Positions 55,210 through 64,000 of a DNA stretch of 64,000 nucleotides are shown one piece after another (within the stretch, counting starts at the first letter, position 1; each line of letters begins with the position of its first letter). The DNA lies in the IMG/VR virus record IMGVR_UViG_3300034356_001232, positions 7,255-71,254 of that record; one strand, 5' to 3'. The stretch is from a virus. The notes under the pieces are model-generated. The model was not told the DNA's origin, ran no database searches, and saw only the letters and a list, made by a program, of their open reading frames with translations. Position numbers and translations under genes: made by a program.

Positions 55210-58200
55210 ATGGCTAGACATTGCACATTAGATTTTCATAATCCTGTAACAGGGAAAGAGCATCACTCTCTTTTGGGTTATGTCTTGAACCAATACGGTG
55301 TACCTAAGGAACAGGTACAATCTATTCTTGATAAGGGCTTTTCTTACATAGTAAGTAACGGAGTTAAGTCTTGGGGTAAAAATAGAACTGAGAGTCCTTT
55401 CATTGAACCAAGCATAGAAGAATTACTAGCTTTAACCAAAGCAAATACTTCTCCTGGATTAATTAGTTACGTATCCAAAGTACAGAATTTTTACGACAGT
55501 AAGAACTTATCAATAGATACTAAGCTAAACATTAATCAGTTACACAGAATTATTCAAGGTGCCAATGATTTGAACATTGCTCTTGAGTACGAGGTAACTA
55601 ATCCTGATGCTCCAATAGAAGAACAGACTTACCGTGTGTATCCTATGGAAGAGTCTGAAGAGAATATGTTAGTAACAAACAATGCTTTGTTCAAACAGAT
55701 TGATTCTTACTACGCTGCCTTAGGAAAGACTCGCCTAGTGGATAAGATGTCTAAGTATTTAGATTTAGGCAATCCTAGCATCTACAACACTATGCGTAAG
55801 ATTCTTAACGATGATACAACTACGCAGTATGAAAGAGATTTGTTAAACACTTTGCTTGGTGTACTTGACTTAAACCCGTCTATCAAATTAAACTTAAGTT
55901 ACGACTTAGCTATATCTAAAGAAGCCGGAGAAGTTACTTTTCCTGCAGGTGTGTATGATCTGAAAACAAACACCATTAGTATTTATTTATACCCTGCTCA
56001 CAATCTAAATGACGAGGACTTTAAGCGTTTGTTGATTCACGAAACAATACACGCAGTTATTGCTTCTACCTTAGAAAACCCTCAGACCACTGCGGAGAAA
56101 GTATTTGTTTCTGAGATTGGTAGAATATGGGCGTACTACAAACAAAAGTACAGTGACGTAGAACCTATAGGTGATTTTTATGGTCTAAGAGATCAGCATG
56201 AGTTTGTTTCTGAGTTTCTGACTAATCCTACCTTTAGGGCTAGTTTAGAGGAAGCAGCTCCAGAAGTACACGGTAGTACGTTTCAATCTATAATTAACTT
56301 TTTCAAGAAGTTACTTGGAACCTACTTTGCTAAGTACAACAAACAAGTATCTGAGGATTACGTACAAGACTTGATTGAGAATATGTTTGAGACTATTCTT
56401 AACAATCAACAGTTAAACACCTCTTTGGTTTACACAGGTAACCAGGCTTTCAACTCTGAAGGTAACAGCAAGAACTACAAACAGTTTTTGGAAAGTATGC
56501 CGGGAGTATCAGGTCGTGAGGTAGAAATCTTTTACGAAAGACTACGTGAGTTCTTAGAGAGTGACTCAGTCAATTGGAATACCGTACTACAGAATGCTCG
56601 TCAAAACGGAATCAATGCGTTTAGCCTTGAAGAAGCCCGTGAGACTTTAAATAATATTGACCTTACTGACATCCCAGTAACTGATTTGCAGAAGTCATTT
56701 GAGAGTTTGGTTGCTCACCTATACGAAACTACTATGTTTCTTAGAGGCGTACAAGCTAACCTATCAGATGCACAAAGAAACAAGACGCTTAGTCCTAGAG
56801 ATTTATACTCTCGTTCTTACCACGCTGCTAAGATGGGAGAGTTCTTTAAGGACTACATAACTCAGTTTAGAGATACTATGTATCCTAACGGGCAAATACC
56901 GCCCGCTAACACTGTGATTGCAAAGTACATGAATAACATCAATGCAATCTCAGATAGTATTATTGGTACGCTTAACACTCAAGCAGCAAAAGCTGTAGCA
57001 GGTAGACTTGCTGAGGAAATGTTCCCACAAACAAAAGCTATTCGTAAAGGACTCGAAGAAAACATTCAACGTCTCCAGGATGAGCTGGTTATGTCTACTA
57101 CTGATAGAACCAAACGTTTACTTAATGCTAAGATTAAAGAAGAGAAAGAGCGTCTTTCTATCTTGGCTACTCCTGAGAACCTTGAGAAAGCATTACTTGG
57201 TACGTTAGATGTAGAAGCTAAATCAAGTACAGGTAAACTTGCATCTCACGTAGGAGCTATGTTTGAGTCTGCTGCTATCTCAGGTAACCTTGTAAGCGGA
57301 ACTCTAGACTCATTGATTAATAATCTTTGGTCAAAGTCTACTCAAGAAGCTATGCAGTTCCAAGGCCAGATGAAAGTCTTGGCTGACGAACTTTCTGCAC
57401 ACTTAAGTTCTAAAGGAATCAATGCTAATACCGGACTTGACTTCAATAAAGTATTTAGCCGGTTCCTGAAAAGAGTAACTGTTCTTGAGATAAAGAACGG
57501 AAATCTCGTAGAACGTGAAACCCTTGTACTCCAAAGTAGGATGGATGAAGTTTCTTACACCAATGATTGGAATCGTAAGAAGGTTAACATCCTTAAACTA
57601 GAAAATATTAAGAACCGTACTCCTCAACAAGAACTTGAACTTGAAAATCTCATCACTGACTTGACTGACTTTGAAGAGAAACACTTGGAGAGTTATTATA
57701 CAGACGAGTACCACCGTATTCAGTCTTTGTTATCACCTGTTGCTAAAGCAAGAAGAGATGACATCATAGACAAGATGCGTAAGATTCAGTTGAGTCCTAA
57801 TCAAGGAGAGAACTCAGAAGAAGACTTGGATAAGTTGGATGACTTAAAAGCCCAGCTAGATGCTCTTGAGCAAGAAACTGATGAATACGGTGTGATTAAG
57901 TCTGAAGAAGATTTACAAATTGCTCGTAGTATCCGTGAGTGGAAGCAAGAACGTTCTGCTGCTAACTTGATTAAGTATGAGGTAACTCCTAAGAACAAAT
58001 TAATCTTCCAAGAACGATACAACATTGTCAAGGAAAACGTCAAACAAACTTTTTCTGATTTAGAGAATGCCAAACTCGAAGGAGACGCACAACAAGTAAT
58101 TGTATCTCAAGCTAAATACGATAAGGCTGTTAAAGACCTAGAGTCATTTAAGAAAGCCAACGTAGTTAAGAGAATCTCTCCAGAGTTCTATGAGGAACGT

Positions 58201-61092
58201 GCTGAGATTATAGATGCAATTGCCGCTATCCAATCTAAATACAAGCAAGATGTTAATGGACGTACTGTATCCGATGTGTACAAAGAACTATTCTCTTTGC
58301 TTAAACCTTATAAGAATGTAAATGGTGAGTACGAAGGTTCTAAAGTAATCACTGAGTTACAGGAATACATAGATGAAACCGGAGCAACAGTTAAAGTTAA
58401 CATCCCAACTAGGGTAAGGCAACTTCAGTCAGAGATTGAAGACATTCGTCAAGAACTCTCTGAAGGAGAGCAAGTCGCAAGGGAAGATAAAGATGCTTTG
58501 GTTCAACTGTATTCTATGCTTGGCGCCATGCAAGAGCGTACTACCACAGAGGACTATGATAAAACTTTGAAAGCTCAATTCAGTGTAGCTCGTCAGGAAG
58601 TACTGGCTAAGAACTCACAAGCATTTGTAGGTTTAACTGAATCTGAAGCCAATAAGAAGATAATGATTGCCCTCCGTAAGGGAGATTGGTATAAGATGAA
58701 TCACAGAAAGGTATACGATTATACCTCTCGTAGCTTTATCAATGAACCATTGTTCCATTGGATGGTAACCTTGCCGAAGAATCCAGCATACATTTCTGAA
58801 ACAGAACCTTCTTTCCGTTGGTACACAACTACAGTTAATGATGAGAAAGATCCTGTTACAGGCAGACCTAAGTACATTAACCCGGCTGTAAAAGAATCTC
58901 GTAACTCTAAACGAGTTTTGTTAAAGGCTAACAGTACTTACTCTAATTCTGGTTATGACTCTCTTGACGATACAGAGAAGAGTATCTTGGATAGAATAAC
59001 TGCTTTGTATGAAGTTCAGCAAAAGGGTTTGCCAAGAAATCTCCGTAAGGGATTAGAACTACCATCTGTTCGTAAGTCAGGTCTAGAATCTTTTGGTGAC
59101 AAGTCATTCAAAGGCATCTGGGATGAAACAAAGAGTGTTTGGCAGAATACCGTAGACTCTATGTTCGGACGTAATGACGATGATTTGTCTAACGGGGGGG
59201 ATACCTTGCTTGGTAGAAAAGGAAGCTCTAAAGTAAATCAGTATAAAGATAGATTACACTTAAAGTACGTAACGCCTATCGATGCTGATCAAATGACTGT
59301 AAACTTCTTTGACTCTATTACTCAGTTTGGTTCCGACTCTATCCGATTCAAAAACCTATACAGCAACTTGCCATACATCCTAGGTGCAAGAGATTTGATT
59401 AATAAGAACTTGCCAGGTACTGTTACTGCTAAAGTAGTAAACAATCTACTAGAACGTAAGATTAATGGTCAGGGTAAGGTAGCAATGACTGACGTAGCTG
59501 CTCTTAGAGTTATTGGATACGTTGCAGACAAGACCTTGGGACTAGGTGCAAGCATGGCTTTGTCTTTAAACTTACCTTCATCTATTAAGAACTTTCAAGC
59601 CGGTACGCTTAACATCTATAACCAACTTGGAAGATTCGGATTAGACAAGAAAGAAATCCACGCAGCAATGGCTCGTAATGCCGGCCAGTATTGGAACTTG
59701 CTTACCTCTCAAATAGAAGAAGGTAAGAACACTCCTTACATTGCTAAGATGAAATACTTTAGTGTTATGCCTTCAGATACTTTGTCTGAGGCAGGCAAAC
59801 AGTTATTCATAACAAACTTAGATAAATCTGCAAAGTACAATCCAATCAAGCACTTGACTTTCTTTAGAGAGTTTGGTGAATTTGAAATGCGTAGTGCTGT
59901 GGCAGAGGCTATGTCTAAGCAACACCTAGTGAAGCTTAACAATGGAAGCTTTGTTCCTATCCTGGATGCATATACCGTAGAAGGTAACATGCTTGTACCA
60001 AGAGATGATATTGCCGACATGAATGAGTTGGCTTCTCAGGAACAGTACTATCGTAATAGATTAAACACAGTTAACTCATTAATTCATGGTAACTATGGTG
60101 CTATGGATAAAGGTGAATACTCTCGATACAATATGGGTCGAGTAGTTATGTACATGAAAGGTTGGCTTGCAGGTCAGTGGTTGTCAAGGTTTGGTTCTCG
60201 TAGAATGGCATACAGTGCCGGTATGGAGTTCCAAGGTATGTACATTACTGTCTACCATGCAGCTAAGATGTTGTTTAACACCAGAGGTAATTTTGCAACT
60301 ACTGGTAAGCTTTTATCCGAAAGAGAAAAAGATGAGTTAGTAGCAGCAGGTTTAGATACTATGTCAATTGCAGTTGCAATGTTGTTGTCTACTATTGTAG
60401 CAAGTGCTTTGTACTCAGACGACGATGATGACCAAGATAACTTAGTTGATTACTTCATGCTTTATAATCTTCTTTACTTAGAGGATGAGTTGAGTTCTTT
60501 GCATCCTCTTGCAGGTTCCGCATCTATCTACTACTCTCGTGTTGTAAACAACGTAGACGGTAAAGACTTCTTCACTTACTACTTCAATAAGAACATACTA
60601 ATGCCTTTTAGAAGTGTGACTGACATAATGAAAACTCTTTACGAGTACAGTCCTTTGGGTGATGTAGATATGTTTGCTGACTATGTGCCTCGTAGTAGAG
60701 CAGGAAGAGTACTTAATCCTAAACGTTACCAAAGAGATCCTTTCCTAGACGGACAACCTGAAGTAGTCGCTAGACTAAACAGACTATGGGCAATTAACAA
60801 CTCAGTAAACTATCTTTACGGAGGACAAGAATTCATGTATCGTAGATACGAATACTCTAACCCTAAGTGGTTTATTCCTTCCTACAAAGGTGACTTACGT
60901 TCTGCACGCAAAGGTGTTGATGGCGCCAAGAAAGAAATCAAAGCCATTGAGCAAGAGATAAGATACGTAGATGACTTGGATACCAAAGCTGTTCTGGAGG
61001 AGAAGATTGATAAGTTGCAAAAAGTAATTCAAGATGGTAAGGAACAAGAGGAAGATTTGAAAGACGAGTACGGCACTATTGATCGTAAATAA
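55210..61092 (+). CDS. Giant ejection protein 3 (1960 aa) with zincin domain
   Basis: GVYD...IHETIH (56038-56052)...YGL...HEFVSE zincin. C-terminal IHGNY and FQGMY region typical of the crAss last giant protein. Confidence 0.82.
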   Translation: MARHCTLDFHNPVTGKEHHSLLGYVLNQYGVPKEQVQSILDKGFSYIVSNGVKSWGKNRTESPFIEPSIEELLALTKANTSPGLISYVSKVQNFYDSKNLSIDTKLNINQLHRIIQGANDLNIALEYEVTNPDAPIEEQTYRVYPMEESEENMLVTNNALFKQIDSYYAALGKTRLVDKMSKYLDLGNPSIYNTMRKILNDDTTTQYERDLLNTLLGVLDLNPSIKLNLSYDLAISKEAGEVTFPAGVYDLKTNTISIYLYPAHNLNDEDFKRLLIHETIHAVIASTLENPQTTAEKVFVSEIGRIWAYYKQKYSDVEPIGDFYGLRDQHEFVSEFLTNPTFRASLEEAAPEVHGSTFQSIINFFKKLLGTYFAKYNKQVSEDYVQDLIENMFETILNNQQLNTSLVYTGNQAFNSEGNSKNYKQFLESMPGVSGREVEIFYERLREFLESDSVNWNTVLQNARQNGINAFSLEEARETLNNIDLTDIPVTDLQKSFESLVAHLYETTMFLRGVQANLSDAQRNKTLSPRDLYSRSYHAAKMGEFFKDYITQFRDTMYPNGQIPPANTVIAKYMNNINAISDSIIGTLNTQAAKAVAGRLAEEMFPQTKAIRKGLEENIQRLQDELVMSTTDRTKRLLNAKIKEEKERLSILATPENLEKALLGTLDVEAKSSTGKLASHVGAMFESAAISGNLVSGTLDSLINNLWSKSTQEAMQFQGQMKVLADELSAHLSSKGINANTGLDFNKVFSRFLKRVTVLEIKNGNLVERETLVLQSRMDEVSYTNDWNRKKVNILKLENIKNRTPQQELELENLITDLTDFEEKHLESYYTDEYHRIQSLLSPVAKARRDDIIDKMRKIQLSPNQGENSEEDLDKLDDLKAQLDALEQETDEYGVIKSEEDLQIARSIREWKQERSAANLIKYEVTPKNKLIFQERYNIVKENVKQTFSDLENAKLEGDAQQVIVSQAKYDKAVKDLESFKKANVVKRISPEFYEERAEIIDAIAAIQSKYKQDVNGRTVSDVYKELFSLLKPYKNVNGEYEGSKVITELQEYIDETGATVKVNIPTRVRQLQSEIEDIRQELSEGEQVAREDKDALVQLYSMLGAMQERTTTEDYDKTLKAQFSVARQEVLAKNSQAFVGLTESEANKKIMIALRKGDWYKMNHRKVYDYTSRSFINEPLFHWMVTLPKNPAYISETEPSFRWYTTTVNDEKDPVTGRPKYINPAVKESRNSKRVLLKANSTYSNSGYDSLDDTEKSILDRITALYEVQQKGLPRNLRKGLELPSVRKSGLESFGDKSFKGIWDETKSVWQNTVDSMFGRNDDDLSNGGDTLLGRKGSSKVNQYKDRLHLKYVTPIDADQMTVNFFDSITQFGSDSIRFKNLYSNLPYILGARDLINKNLPGTVTAKVVNNLLERKINGQGKVAMTDVAALRVIGYVADKTLGLGASMALSLNLPSSIKNFQAGTLNIYNQLGRFGLDKKEIHAAMARNAGQYWNLLTSQIEEGKNTPYIAKMKYFSVMPSDTLSEAGKQLFITNLDKSAKYNPIKHLTFFREFGEFEMRSAVAEAMSKQHLVKLNNGSFVPILDAYTVEGNMLVPRDDIADMNELASQEQYYRNRLNTVNSLIHGNYGAMDKGEYSRYNMGRVVMYMKGWLAGQWLSRFGSRRMAYSAGMEFQGMYITVYHAAKMLFNTRGNFATTGKLLSEREKDELVAAGLDTMSIAVAMLLSTIVASALYSDDDDDQDNLVDYFMLYNLLYLEDELSSLHPLAGSASIYYSRVVNNVDGKDFFTYYFNKNILMPFRSVTDIMKTLYEYSPLGDVDMFADYVPRSRAGRVLNPKRYQRDPFLDGQPEVVARLNRLWAINNSVNYLYGGQEFMYRRYEYSNPKWFIPSYKGDLRSARKGVDGAKKEIKAIEQEIRYVDDLDTKAVLEEKIDKLQKVIQDGKEQEEDLKDEYGTIDRK

Positions 61093-61093
61093 T

Positions 61094-61124
61094 CTTGATT
61101 TATTTCTAAATAAACATAACTTTG
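61094..61124 (+). promoter_or_regulatory. Promoter CTTG-N19-TAACTTTG
   Basis: CTTG 61094-61097, TAACTTTG 61117-61124. Confidence 0.7.
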
Positions 61125-61162
61125 TAATATCGGACGCAAGTCGGTTTTAATAACGAAACAAA

Positions 61163-61471
61163 ATGGATGCATCACAACAATCAAACGAACAAGCACGTCG
61201 TCTTAGGATGATTGCTTCTAACTCAGGTTTAGCTGTAGGTTCTGGAGGCTTTAAACGCCACGGAATAGAAACTGTAACTACTGTAAGATACAGTGCTTTA
61301 GTAGTACAAGAAGACACAGTATTTACTGAATTTAAGGTTAACGGTATTTCTTTACTATCTGCTAATGGAATGTCAGGAGTAACCTTCAAGCAAGGTGCTT
61401 TTCTTTCTGCAGAAGCTGGATTTATTACAGACTTTACTACCACTAGCGGTAGTGTAATTGCCTATAAGTAA
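61163..61471 (+). CDS. Small beta-rich structural protein
   Basis: ALVVQEDTVF...SGSVIAY C-terminus, coupled to the next gene. Confidence 0.65.
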   Translation: MDASQQSNEQARRLRMIASNSGLAVGSGGFKRHGIETVTTVRYSALVVQEDTVFTEFKVNGISLLSANGMSGVTFKQGAFLSAEAGFITDFTTTSGSVIAYK

Positions 61472-62664
61472 TGATTGGCATTGGTATTGACATAAGGGGA
61501 GGAGGATTCACTCGACTTCCTTTTCGTTTTACTATAAATACGAACAATACCTCAGCAGGTAGTAGTACAAGTACGCAGTTTAAGTTACCCTTAGTTTCTT
61601 CAGGAACACTAAACGCTGTAGTAGATTGGGGAGATGGAACTTCTAGTACTATTACTACCTGGAACCAAGCAGAAGTAACACATACCTACGCTACTGCAGG
61701 TGTATACGATATTAAAATTACTGGAGTACTTAGAGGATGGCAGTTTAATAAGGGTGGTGATAGATTAAAAATACTTGATATTATTAACTGGAGTGGATTA
61801 AATATTAGTACGGATTTTGGATTTTATGGATGTACTAATTTAACCGCAAGTGCAACGGATGCCCCTTTGATTACGGCCACAAGTTTAAGAGAATATTTTA
61901 GAGAATGTCCTAATTTTAACGGTCAGATTGGCAATTGGAATGTATCACAAGTTCAAAATATGCGAGGTATGTTTCAAGGAGTTTTGGGAGGTACAAGAAA
62001 CATTTTTAATAGCTATATTGGAGATTGGAATACTTCAAGTGTTACAGATATGTCATACATGTTTGATTGGTGTAGTTTTAACCAAAACATATCTACTAAA
62101 GTAGTAACGGTTAATGGTAATACCTATACTGCTTGGGATATGTCAAATGTAATAGATATTTCTATAATGTTTCGAGCAAACCAAATTTTTAATCAACCTA
62201 TTGAAAATTGGGATACTTCAAACATTCAAGGTATGTTTGGGGTTTTTAATAGTGCAAATGCATTTAATAGACCTATTGAAATTTGGGATACATCAAGCGT
62301 CACGAGTATGGGTCAAATGTTTCAAGCCAATCCTATATTTAACAGACCGATTGGTGTTTGGAACACATCAAGTGTTACAGATATGAGAGAAATGTTTAAT
62401 GGTAATACGGGTTTCAATCAAGATATTGGAGCGTGGAACGTATCAAATGTTACTAATTTTTTAAATTTTATGGCCACTAGATCACCTGCCAACTATTCAG
62501 CCGCAAATCTTAATAGTATTTACAATGGGTGGAGTTCACGACCTGTACAACCTAACTTGAATATTACTTTTGGAAGCATAAAGTACACTGAGGCAGGTCA
62601 AGCAGGTAAAAACATTTTGGATTTTGCACCTAACAACTGGACAATAACAGACGGAGGTATATAA
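61471..62664 (+). CDS. PKD-like + BspA/DUF285 leucine-rich-repeat protein (putative adhesin/receptor binding)
   Basis: VDWGDG...HTYATAG.Y.I.ITG followed by ~25-aa repeats FNqpIg.WdtS.Vt.M..MF, ending WTITDGG. Confidence 0.85.
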   Translation: MIGIGIDIRGGGFTRLPFRFTINTNNTSAGSSTSTQFKLPLVSSGTLNAVVDWGDGTSSTITTWNQAEVTHTYATAGVYDIKITGVLRGWQFNKGGDRLKILDIINWSGLNISTDFGFYGCTNLTASATDAPLITATSLREYFRECPNFNGQIGNWNVSQVQNMRGMFQGVLGGTRNIFNSYIGDWNTSSVTDMSYMFDWCSFNQNISTKVVTVNGNTYTAWDMSNVIDISIMFRANQIFNQPIENWDTSNIQGMFGVFNSANAFNRPIEIWDTSSVTSMGQMFQANPIFNRPIGVWNTSSVTDMREMFNGNTGFNQDIGAWNVSNVTNFLNFMATRSPANYSAANLNSIYNGWSSRPVQPNLNITFGSIKYTEAGQAGKNILDFAPNNWTITDGGI

Positions 62665-62870
62665 TGAGTGAGATAAAATTCCCAACACAGAGAACATACT
62701 TTATCACTTATACTGATACGAGTATTTTTAGTTATGGTTATGTTGATCCAGATCAACAAATGACAAGTGGTCAACCTGAATTATATCAAACCACAGATGA
62801 ACAAGCTTGGATAACAGAACTGAAAACTGTATTTAATACTACATACCCGCCTATTACCACTACTGAATAA
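62664..62870 (+). CDS. Small hypothetical protein
   Basis: 68 aa, TAATG-coupled on both sides. Confidence 0.65.
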   Translation: MSEIKFPTQRTYFITYTDTSIFSYGYVDPDQQMTSGQPELYQTTDEQAWITELKTVFNTTYPPITTTE

Positions 62871-63289
62871 TGAAGACCTCTTTCCTCTTATATACAAGTA
62901 CAACTATCTTAGCTTTTCTGGGAACTTACTTCTTTGATTTAGGAGCAGATAACGCTGAACAGTACTTAGCTGTAGTTGCTGTTGTGTTTATAGATGGATT
63001 CTTTGGGGTATGGGCAGGAACTAAGATGGAAGGTTTTAAGACGCATAAGGCTCTTAGCGTGCTTAAAACTTTGATGGTGTGGGTATTTATGCTTACAGGT
63101 ATCTTAATGATTGAGAAGGGCTTTGAGGGCACTTTCTGGCTAAGTGAGACTATTTGTGCTCCCTTTATTCTCTTTCAGCTTACCAGTGCACTAAAGAACG
63201 CAGCCAGAGCAGGACTCATTAAGAACGAACTGCTGCAGTTAATCTTAGATAAAATAGACCAACACAAAGTAAATGAAAAACAAAATTGA
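62870..63289 (+). CDS. Holin
   Basis: Several TM helices, DGFFGVWAG...S.LKN...GLI...I..KID pattern of holin family 4-like proteins. Confidence 0.75.
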   Translation: MKTSFLLYTSTTILAFLGTYFFDLGADNAEQYLAVVAVVFIDGFFGVWAGTKMEGFKTHKALSVLKTLMVWVFMLTGILMIEKGFEGTFWLSETICAPFILFQLTSALKNAARAGLIKNELLQLILDKIDQHKVNEKQN

Positions 63290-63593
63290 AGCTATCATAA
63301 TAGGGCTACTGCTAATAACAGTAGCCTTCTTGTTATGGGAAAGGCAGTCCCTAAATAGCGGAAACGAAGAAAAGTTTATGGCTTACATGGACTCAATGGA
63401 AAAACGTAACGAGACTTTTCTCAGCAGAGTGGATTCGTTATCTACACTTAAACATGAACAATTTAGTTACTATGAAAAAATCAACCTCAAGTATGACACT
63501 ATTCAGATTGCTCTTGATACTATGCCTGACATTGACGGCACCAAGTATCTACTCACAATCTCTAGACAGCTTACCGCTAAAGGAGTTGAATAA
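63273..63593 (+). CDS. Putative i-spanin-like protein
   Basis: N-terminal TM plus coiled coil, after the holin. Confidence 0.55.
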   Translation: MKNKIEAIIIGLLLITVAFLLWERQSLNSGNEEKFMAYMDSMEKRNETFLSRVDSLSTLKHEQFSYYEKINLKYDTIQIALDTMPDIDGTKYLLTISRQLTAKGVE

Positions 63594-63843
63594 CGAATTC
63601 CTTAAGGGAATCAAAGCAAGAGAACGTGTAGTTGTTCTTAAGACTGTTATTCATCTGGACAGTCAGCAAATCAGTCTCTACAAAGACTCTATTGTACCTA
63701 GTTATCAACAGATGATTGAGGTGTCTAAAAAAGAAGTCTATGACCTTAATAGAACCATTGACCGTAAGGATGCAGAGATGAAGCTTTACAAGTATGGTTT
63801 TGTAGGTATGTCTATCCTAGCAATCTTTGGATTTATCTTATGA
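63472..63843 (+). CDS. Putative spanin-like partner (overlapping gene)
   Basis: Signal-like N-terminus, coiled coil, C-terminal TM. Overlaps the upstream gene by >100 nt. Start could be 63454, 63472 or 63493. Confidence 0.5.
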   Translation: MKKSTSSMTLFRLLLILCLTLTAPSIYSQSLDSLPLKELNNEFLKGIKARERVVVLKTVIHLDSQQISLYKDSIVPSYQQMIEVSKKEVYDLNRTIDRKDAEMKLYKYGFVGMSILAIFGFIL

Positions 63844-64000
63844 AAAACTTATTATTAACTCTAGTTGTTCTTTTGTCTGGTCAGTTATTTGCCCAGAGAG
63901 ATAGCGTTCTAATCAAGACCCCAATATACTCTTGTGTATACTCAGAGGTTCTCCAACAACCTAAACGTGTATGGTACACAGTACAATGCCCTACAGGTTC
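63840..64000 (+). CDS. 3'-truncated secreted protein, probably DNA/RNA non-specific endonuclease
   Basis: MKNLLLTLVVLLSGQLFAQ signal peptide, then Y...YS...QP..V.Y, which resembles the NucA/EndoG N-terminus. Runs off the window. Confidence 0.5.
   Translation, partial: MKNLLLTLVVLLSGQLFAQRDSVLIKTPIYSCVYSEVLQQPKRVWYTVQCPTG

Larger units (their letters stand above)
1..64000 (+). other. crAss-like (Crassvirales-type) phage genome segment: envelope operon, structural module, virion RNAP/ejection module, lysis genes
   Basis: Gene order TerL-portal-scaffold-MCP-ring proteins-IHF-tail tubular-tail stabilization-giant proteins with a DFDID RNAP is the crAss-like layout. Bacteroidota TAnnTTTG promoters and A-rich SD-less translation starts. 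No host housekeeping genes or integrase. Confidence 0.93.

Noticed and set aside
62020-62460. Nucleotide repeats as a CRISPR array or DGR TR/VR pair
   Set aside because: They are degenerate in-frame DUF285 coding repeats. No spacers, reverse transcriptase or adenine-specific differences.
2420-63132. Numerous minus-strand and alternate-frame ORFs in the track (e.g. 3676..4128, 13032..13520, 14870..15844, 34289..34768)
   Set aside because: They are shadows of well-supported plus-strand genes, with no motifs or independent expression signals.
1-64000. Stop-codon reassignment (TAG/TGA), known in some crAss-like clades
   Set aside because: Giant ORFs are uninterrupted in code 11, and TGA/TAG act as real stops at gene overlaps (246, 2132, 2801, 4912).
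1-64000. tRNA genes, integrase or att sites
   Set aside because: No cloverleaf/TpsiC signatures seen in the short intergenic gaps and no recombinase ORF in the window.

Overview
The window is a ~64-kb piece of a crAss-like (Crassvirales-type) podophage genome from a Bacteroidota host. It uses the standard genetic code and nearly all genes are on the + strand. The order is: (1) 1-6547, an unusual operon of signal-peptide envelope proteins (a cohesin/dockerin-like T9SS cargo, a CsgG-family lipoprotein, a putative OM beta-barrel and a second dockerin-like protein); (2) a promoter-driven, ORF-free, self-complementary segment at ~6587-6815; (3) small DNA-binding and Cys-rich genes, TerL, portal, scaffold-like protein, major capsid protein, ring/fibre proteins, an IHF-like protein and tail tubular and stabilization (muzzle) proteins; (4) putative internal cargo proteins carrying repeated [MF]xxGG motifs; (5) three giant ejection proteins, the middle one a virion RNA polymerase (DFDID); (6) a BspA/DUF285-repeat protein, holin, spanin-like pair and a partial secreted nuclease. 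The most notable observations are: the only four cysteines in ~7,000 aa of giant ejection proteins sit at the protein-protein junctions (possible head-to-tail disulfide chain); the phage-borne cohesin-dockerin/T9SS/CsgG envelope operon; a candidate pseudoknotted ncRNA; a 3'-UTR hairpin whose loop is complementary to several translation-initiation regions; and the [MF]xxGG cargo motif. All family assignments come from motif recognition by eye and gene order. No database search or folding program was run.
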